Positions 15,155 through 20,000 of a DNA stretch of 20,000 nt are shown here, piece by piece. The DNA is taken from IMG/VR virus record IMGVR_UViG_3300033074_002160; one strand, written 5' to 3'. This DNA comes from an uncultured virus (IMG/VR IMGVR_UViG_3300033074_002160). Its lineage: Duplodnaviria; Heunggongvirae; Uroviricota; Caudoviricetes. Position numbers and translations under genes: made by a program. The first letter of the stretch is position 1. Every line of letters starts with the position of its first letter. Under the pieces are notes generated by a model. It did not search any database. It saw only the letters and a program-made list of their open reading frames with translations, and was not told where the DNA came from.

Positions 15155-15309
15155 GGTTCCCTCCGTTCAGGCGCCAGCGGCGCGGGGTCGCGGAACTTGC
15201 AGTGGCACGGGCGTGAAGAGCCGTCCGCCATGATGTCGACGCCACTGCCTCCGCAGCAGTCGCAGACCTCCTCTTCGTCTTCTTCTGGGCTTGGCGTGGT
15301 CTGGCTCAC
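15151..15309 (-). CDS. 52-aa Zn-binding micro-protein MSQTTPSPEEDEEEVCDCCGGSGVDIMADGSSRPCHCK... (not in ORF track)
   Basis: Hand-translated; DnaJ-type CxxCxGxG followed by CxC; RTGA overlaps at both ends. Confidence 0.7.
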   Translation of the reverse strand: MSQTTPSPEEDEEEVCDCCGGSGVDIMADGSSRPCHCKFRDPAPLAPERREP

Positions 15310-15986
15310 GGCTCCCTCGCCAACTCGAGCAGCGCCTCGGCGAGGCCTCGGAGCTGCGCCTTGTTGAAGGTCTCGCGACCCTTGCCGAAGCAGCGGATCA
15401 CGAAGAGGTCGGGCTCGGTCTCGGCGCGCTCGACGTAGATCCCCGCGTCCTGCCCGCAGTCGAGGTTGATCTCGATGTACTCGATCGGCGGCGTGCCCTT
15501 GCGGACGATGCGGACCAGATCCTCCGCCGACGGGGTCGCCGCGCGATAGAAGTCGTCGGCGTTCATCGGCAGGATCGCGGGGTAGTCCCGCAAGATCTCG
15601 GCCTCCGACACCTTGTAAGGTGTCGCCCCCTGCCTCGCTGCGACCAGCGACTTGAAGACGACCCCGTAGCCGCCTTCGTGGCCCACGATGAGGATGGTGT
15701 CGCGCGGGCCGGTGCGGACTTGGCCCAGGACGATGTTGTTCAGCGGGGCGATGGGCGCCTCCTCGTCGTCACCGTGGAAGCGCTCCTCCTCGAGCTCAGC
15801 CTCAAGTTCGTCCAAGACCTTGGGGAAGTCCTTCTCGATGTCTTCGTCGGAGATCCACTCGGAGTCGTCCTGAGCGTCGACGCGCGAGAGCGACTTGAAG
15901 ACGCAGCGCCACATCCCGTTCCGCGGACCGTCGTCGACGCGGATGGTGTCATCCGGGCCCCTTCGGATCTGCCCTACGGCGATCAT
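15306..15986 (-). CDS. protein with two tandem homologous ~55-aa domains plus a C-terminal domain, 226 aa
   Basis: IAVGQIRRGPDDTI..VFKSL..ISDEDIEKDFP vs IVLGQVRTGPRDTI..VFKSL..VSEAEILRDYP; ATGA overlap. Confidence 0.8.
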   Translation of the reverse strand: MIAVGQIRRGPDDTIRVDDGPRNGMWRCVFKSLSRVDAQDDSEWISDEDIEKDFPKVLDELEAELEEERFHGDDEEAPIAPLNNIVLGQVRTGPRDTILIVGHEGGYGVVFKSLVAARQGATPYKVSEAEILRDYPAILPMNADDFYRAATPSAEDLVRIVRKGTPPIEYIEINLDCGQDAGIYVERAETEPDLFVIRCFGKGRETFNKAQLRGLAEALLELAREP

Positions 15987-16153
15987 CGCTTCTTCCCCTG
16001 CTTCACGAAGAAGTCGTCGAGCGCCTCGCGCACGATGTCGGCCTTGCTGCGCTCCAGCTTCTTCGCGAACGCGCCGAGCTGCGCGTACTGCGAAGGCTCG
16101 AGGTAGGTGCAGAGCATCGTCTTGTTCCGATGCTTCGCGGGGGCGGGCTTCAC
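15983..16153 (-). CDS. ribbon-helix-helix (CopG/Arc-like) DNA-binding protein, 56 aa
   Basis: TMLCTYLEPSQYAQLGAFAKKLERSKADIVREALDDFF fits the RHH pattern. Confidence 0.85.
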   Translation of the reverse strand: MKPAPAKHRNKTMLCTYLEPSQYAQLGAFAKKLERSKADIVREALDDFFVKQGKKR

Positions 16154-16401
16154 GACTCGCCCCCGAGCCACTTGCGCAGGCTCTTGGCCGTGTACACCCC
16201 GATGCGGCGCTTCCCATCCTCGCGGACGAGCGTGGGCATCACGTTGACCTTCGCCGCCTCGCTCTCCTTCGCGCCGGCCTTGGAGTCCACGTCGACGACG
16301 CGGATGAGCGCCTTCACGTCGGCGTTCTCCTTCTTGCGGAGCTCGGCCTTGAGGACGCCGCACGGGCCGCACCACGAGGAGGAGTAGAGGGTGGCCTTCA
16401 C
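16150..16401 (-). CDS. thioredoxin-family protein, 83 aa
   Basis: YSSSWCGPC active site, VVDVD strand, VMPTL cis-Pro motif; GTG at 16401. Confidence 0.9.
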   Translation of the reverse strand: MKATLYSSSWCGPCGVLKAELRKKENADVKALIRVVDVDSKAGAKESEAAKVNVMPTLVREDGKRRIGVYTAKSLRKWLGGES

Positions 16402-16643
16402 GACGCTTCCCTCGACGCCGAGGGCTTGGAGCCCCAGGTCAGCGCTCGCGCGGCGGCTTCCTGCTCGCGCGAGGTGAACACCCCGCGCTCCGAGCGCTGC
16501 AGGAGCTGCAGCTGGATGCGAGCGGCGCGCATCGAGGAGATCCTCTTGCAGCGCTGCCACCGGCCGCCGACGTGCCGCCATTCGTAGCCCGGGGGGAGGC
16601 GGTGGATGCCGCCGGAGTAGTTCGCGCCCTTCTCGTTGCTCAT
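16398..16643 (-). CDS. hypothetical basic protein, 81 aa
   Basis: ATGA overlap, AAGGA RBS. Confidence 0.65.
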   Translation of the reverse strand: MSNEKGANYSGGIHRLPPGYEWRHVGGRWQRCKRISSMRAARIQLQLLQRSERGVFTSREQEAAARALTWGSKPSASREAS

Positions 16644-16927
16644 GGTTCTTTCCTTCCGTTGGTCTTCTCGATGCACACGAACGCACCCACGAGGGCGCCG
16701 ATGAGATCCCTCGGCGGGGCGAGCCGCGGCGGGCTCATGGCGTCGGTCTCGATGCCATCGACCCGCACGCGGGTATCGCCGCCTGGGGCGATGTCGATCT
16801 TCACGCGGTGTCCCTTGAGGAGAGCGGCGAGCTCGCCGAGGCGCATCGAGCGCGCCTCGGCGTAGCGAACCGCGTACGCGGCGTCGGGGGCCTCGTTGTC
16901 GGGCCAGGGCTTCGTGGTGTAGGTCAC
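16640..16927 (-). CDS. hypothetical protein, 95 aa
   Basis: GTGA overlap. Confidence 0.7.
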   Translation of the reverse strand: MTYTTKPWPDNEAPDAAYAVRYAEARSMRLGELAALLKGHRVKIDIAPGGDTRVRVDGIETDAMSPPRLAPPRDLIGALVGAFVCIEKTNGRKEP

Positions 16928-17328
16928 GACTCGAGCGCCTCGATCCGCTTCTGCAGCTCCTTCTCCGAGAGCGCGCTGAGCTTGCCCGCCTGCTTCTCCG
17001 CGAGGATGCCGAGCAGCCGCTCGCGCTCGACCCGGTTCTCGGCGCGGCGCTTCGCCGTGGCCTCCTCGGCGAGCTTCACCTCGATGACGCGCACGACCAC
17101 CGCGAGGGCCGTCTCGAGGCGCGTGTGGAGCGGCGTGCGCGTCGGCGCGACGAAGGACTCCTCGGTCGCGGCCTTCAGGGCCTTGTTCGCGTTCTTGGCG
17201 ATCGCGTCGAGATCGAACCCGTCGGACGAGCGCAGGGGCACGTCCCAGAGGTGCTCGACGGTGAGCTCGCCGCGCACGGAGGCGAAGCGGATCTTGCTGC
17301 GGGTCGCGGTCTCGAAGATGTCGTTCAT
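16924..17328 (-). CDS. conserved phage protein (MNDIFETATRSKIRFASVRGELTVEHLWDVPL), 134 aa; possible in-frame GTG start at 17373
   Basis: CAGGAGG RBS; resembles a widespread uncharacterised phage family (FE.A.R.K.RF...G.L.VE.LWD.PL), recalled rather than searched. Confidence 0.85.
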   Translation of the reverse strand: MNDIFETATRSKIRFASVRGELTVEHLWDVPLRSSDGFDLDAIAKNANKALKAATEESFVAPTRTPLHTRLETALAVVVRVIEVKLAEEATAKRRAENRVERERLLGILAEKQAGKLSALSEKELQKRIEALES

Positions 17329-17369
17329 GGGATCCTCCTGTTGCCCCGTGTCGCCGGGGCCACGCGTGC

Positions 17370-17666
17370 TCACCACGAGCAGTAGAAGCGGATCACTTTC
17401 ACGTCGCTGGGGATCTTCGAGACGTCGATCTCGAAGCCCTCGTGCATGTCGGCATCGTACGGCGTGCAGCACTCGTGCTTCACGCCGTACTGGCTGCCGA
17501 GCTCGAGCACGACGCCTTTCGGGTCGGGCTCGTCGTAGTTGAAGAACTTCTCGACCTCGGTGGGCACCGAGACGCCTCCCTGCAGACACGCGTCGCGGAT
17601 CGCCTTCATCTGATGCCACTTCGCGTCCCCGGGGCGGATCGCCTTGACGTACATCGACATGCTCAT
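17370..17666 (-). CDS. hypothetical phage protein, 98 aa
   Basis: GAGG RBS; globular composition ending IRFYCSW. Confidence 0.8.
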   Translation of the reverse strand: MSMSMYVKAIRPGDAKWHQMKAIRDACLQGGVSVPTEVEKFFNYDEPDPKGVVLELGSQYGVKHECCTPYDADMHEGFEIDVSKIPSDVKVIRFYCSW

Positions 17667-17673
17667 GTTCGCC

Positions 17674-17913
17674 TCACTTCTCGAACCCGAGAGCCTGCGC
17701 CCGGGCTTTGCGCCTGTCGGTCTTGCTGGCGCGATCTGCCGCAGCGTTCAGTGCTTGCGCGAGACGCCGAGCCTCCGCGATGCTCAGGCTCTGCTCGTCA
17801 CCAGCGCCGAAGCGAAGACCGACGCCGATCCAGAGCCTGCCGGTTCTGATCACGATACCGAATGGCACCGTGATCTCGATGTTCTCGGTCTGTTGGAACT
17901 TGAGGGTCTTCAT
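17674..17913 (-). CDS. hypothetical protein, 79 aa
   Basis: ATG at 17913, 2 bp after the upstream stop; LSIAEARRLAQAL helix. Confidence 0.7.
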   Translation of the reverse strand: MKTLKFQQTENIEITVPFGIVIRTGRLWIGVGLRFGAGDEQSLSIAEARRLAQALNAAADRASKTDRRKARAQALGFEK

Positions 17914-17915
17914 GT

Positions 17916-19970
17916 TCAGACGTTGACGTTGAAGGTGCGGCGCCTCACGCCCTGGGTGACGCGCACCATGAAGGTGTCGCGCTTCGTCGAAGAGAAGCCG
18001 AGGCCGGCGAGGCCGCCGTCCACGGTCCGGCACTTGGTCTTGTCCGCGATGACCTCGAACACCTTGCGGTGCTGCTCGAGCCTCGGGTGCAGGAACTCGT
18101 TGTAGAACCCGCGCATGTCCTCGTCGCTCTTGCAGCCGTCGAGGACGAAGAAGTGGTGCTTGTTCCCGACCTCGTTCTTGCCCCAGTGGTTCGGCGAGAG
18201 CATCACCGCGTTGACCTTGACGAAGCGCTCGGTCGTCAGGCCCCACTTCTCCTGTGAGATCGCCGCGGAGGTGATGCTCGGGTCGCCCGCTTCGATGCGC
18301 TCGATCGCGCCGTTCTTCATGTGCAGCCCCAGGACGCCGACGTCCTGCCCCGTGCGCAGCTGCTTGGCGTAGCTGAAGTGCGAGACCTTGCCGCCGCACT
18401 CCACCTCGACGACGAACCCGGGGTCGCTGGTCTCACGCTGGCAGTAGTTGTTCACGATGATGCGGTAGAGGCCGTCGGGCGGCGGGCCGGCCCAGACGAC
18501 GTTCTCGACGGGCTCGCGCGTCTGGCCCGAGCCAGCGTTCATGTCGACGTCGAGGAGCCCACCGGTCCAGCCGGCCTTGTTCCTGAAGAAGATGTGGTCC
18601 TGAAGGCCACGCACCCCGCGGGTCGAGGGCTCGTAGACGTGGATGTCGAGGTCGTCGAAGTTGCTCCAGGACAGCGAGACCCGCAGGACGCCGCCGACGT
18701 TGCCGCCGGCCTTCTTGACGCGCTCCTTGATGCTGTCGGCGACGTTGCCCGAGTAGGACCACGAGAAGTCGTTGTCCCAGCGGAAGAGCCTTGCGGGCTC
18801 GGGGTGGACCGGTGCGGTGAGCGCCATGAGGTTGCCGAGGTGCGCTCCGGTGAAGAAGACCTCGACGCTCTGAGCCTCGGGGAGGATGTGCGCCATGAAG
18901 TCCGCGAGGTGGATCTCTTCGACCAGACCCCCGCGATACGAGCCGCTCGTGGTCGTCACGGCGGCTGCCAGCAGCTCGCCGATCCCGCCCTTCATCAGCG
19001 GGCGCGCCGTGCCGTCGACCCAGAGCACGTCGGTGACCGAGACGTCGGCGATGGTCGCGAAGCGCCGCTCGAGCGCGGGCTCGAGCCCGAGCTCGGTGAT
19101 CGTCTCCATGGCCTTCTTGACCATGCCGGGGGTGATCAGCGCCGTCGTGCGCTTGTAGTTCTGCGGCGCGACCTTCGTCTCGAAGGCCCGCACTGCGGCT
19201 TCGAGCGGCAGGCCGTCGGAGAGATCCTGGACCAGCGTGCCGATCACCGTGTTCCTGAACCGCGCTGCCGGGCTCGCGGCGTTGGCCCAGACGAAGAGCC
19301 GCCGCGCCGCGGGGTCTAGCCCGTGGTGCTCGCGCTGCATCCGCCTGAACGCGACCACGGCCGGTCGGTGCTCCTCGCCCCGGTAGAGGGCGTTGCCGTC
19401 GATGAGGCCGAGGACGGTGTCGGCGGCGTCCGAGGAGAGCTCGGAGAGGCCGCGCTCGAACACCTGCACCGTGGTGCGGTACGCGCCCTTGTCGGTGTCG
19501 GGCAGGGCGACGCGGAAGCGGCTCGGGATCTCGCCCGTGTAGAGGTGATCCCACGTCTCGGCGCGCCGCGTCGCCTTGTCGAGCGACCGCGTCTGCGGAG
19601 CGCCGAAGGAGATCTCGTTCTTGCCGACTCGGAAGAGGTCGCGGATGCCCACACCCCGCAGCGAGTCGCTGAGATACGAAGCGACCGCCGCGTAGGGGGC
19701 GGGCGCGTACTCCGCGGCTCGGTCCCAGACCGTGCGGACCTGGCCGTCGGTGATCGCGACCGCGCTGCCGGCGCGCTTGATGAACTGCCGGCACGTCGAG
19801 CAGTCGTGCTCCGTGCGCACCCGGAACAGCGGGTTCGTCCCCTCGGGGAAGGCCAGGAGGTAGCGATCCCAGAGCGCGTCGCCGTCGATGTCGGCGACGA
19901 AGACCTCGCCGCTCTTCGTCATGTCCTGGAAGGAAGCTGCGATCAGTTTCGCGAATGCGTGGAAGGTCAT
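17916..19970 (-). CDS. large conserved phage protein with N-terminal HxCxxC metal motif and YfaP/DUF2135-like domain, 684 aa
   Basis: EHDCSTCRQFIK..WDHL; LRVSLSWSNFDDLDIHVYEP..LLDVDMNAG..PVENVVW..GLYRIIVNNY matches the YfaP-type pattern. Confidence 0.85.
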   Translation of the reverse strand: MTFHAFAKLIAASFQDMTKSGEVFVADIDGDALWDRYLLAFPEGTNPLFRVRTEHDCSTCRQFIKRAGSAVAITDGQVRTVWDRAAEYAPAPYAAVASYLSDSLRGVGIRDLFRVGKNEISFGAPQTRSLDKATRRAETWDHLYTGEIPSRFRVALPDTDKGAYRTTVQVFERGLSELSSDAADTVLGLIDGNALYRGEEHRPAVVAFRRMQREHHGLDPAARRLFVWANAASPAARFRNTVIGTLVQDLSDGLPLEAAVRAFETKVAPQNYKRTTALITPGMVKKAMETITELGLEPALERRFATIADVSVTDVLWVDGTARPLMKGGIGELLAAAVTTTSGSYRGGLVEEIHLADFMAHILPEAQSVEVFFTGAHLGNLMALTAPVHPEPARLFRWDNDFSWSYSGNVADSIKERVKKAGGNVGGVLRVSLSWSNFDDLDIHVYEPSTRGVRGLQDHIFFRNKAGWTGGLLDVDMNAGSGQTREPVENVVWAGPPPDGLYRIIVNNYCQRETSDPGFVVEVECGGKVSHFSYAKQLRTGQDVGVLGLHMKNGAIERIEAGDPSITSAAISQEKWGLTTERFVKVNAVMLSPNHWGKNEVGNKHHFFVLDGCKSDEDMRGFYNEFLHPRLEQHRKVFEVIADKTKCRTVDGGLAGLGFSSTKRDTFMVRVTQGVRRRTFNVNV

Positions 19971-20000
19971 GCGGTCCTCTCTGCGAGCTGCGCCTCGAGC
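19967..20000 (-). CDS. 3' end of an upstream gene (...LEAQLAERTA*)
   Basis: TGA at 19967-19969 overlaps ATG 19970. Confidence 0.5.
   Translation of the reverse strand, partial: LEAQLAERTA

Larger units (their letters stand above)
1..20000 (-). mobile_element. Phage/prophage accessory (early/middle) gene region, probably from a myxobacterial (Myxococcota) phage
   Basis: About 55 co-oriented, mostly <150-aa ORFs with near-universal RTGA overlaps; phage-type ParB-like, RHH, Orn and Zn-finger genes; no housekeeping operon. Host inferred from the GltG-like FHA domain, Cys-rich lipoprotein and high GC. Confidence 0.85.

Noticed and set aside
17343..17360. Hairpin GCCCCG-tgtcgc-CGGGGC as a terminator
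   Set aside because: No U-tract on the transcribed strand, a 6-bp GC stem is expected by chance, and the region is open in frame with the downstream gene.
24..19319. Long plus-strand ORFs (e.g. 70..2241, 4047..5144, 6933..8270, 8810..9898, 18321..19319)
   Set aside because: Arg/Gly/Ala-rich shadow frames antisense to well-formed, RBS-bearing minus-strand genes; expected at this GC content.
18433..19794. 453-aa alternative-frame minus-strand ORF inside the 684-aa gene
   Set aside because: Low-complexity Arg-rich off-frame translation with no motifs.
1..20000. Stop-codon reassignment suggested by exclusive TGA use
   Set aside because: Genes tile the strand fully under the standard code with no in-frame TAG/TAA interruptions; high GC and RTGA overlaps explain the bias.

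Overview
A high-GC stretch of phage or prophage accessory (early/middle) genes. About 55 mostly small CDSs all lie on the minus strand and all complete ones end in TGA. By my manual count, 48 of 54 junctions are 4-bp (A/G)TGA stop-start overlaps. There are no structural, lysis, polymerase, RNA or CRISPR genes. Recognisable products are an oligoribonuclease (Orn), an orphan ParB-like protein, a stand-alone sigma-70 region 4 protein, an FHA protein resembling myxobacterial GltG-type FHA domains, a WCGPC thioredoxin, a ribbon-helix-helix regulator, a Cys-rich lipoprotein, a 684-aa protein with a YfaP/DUF2135-like domain, and many Zn-finger micro-proteins. The only sizeable intergenic gap (11076-11244) holds a TTGACA-N18-TAGTTT promoter and several palindromes. 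The host is probably a myxobacterium (inference). The most unusual signal is that gene junctions (RBS + RTGA + first codons) occur as direct repeats that exactly bracket single genes, for example a perfect 25-bp pair around 13542-13766. Tiny bridging ORFs also keep the coupling chain unbroken, which suggests single-gene cassette gain and loss at translational junctions.
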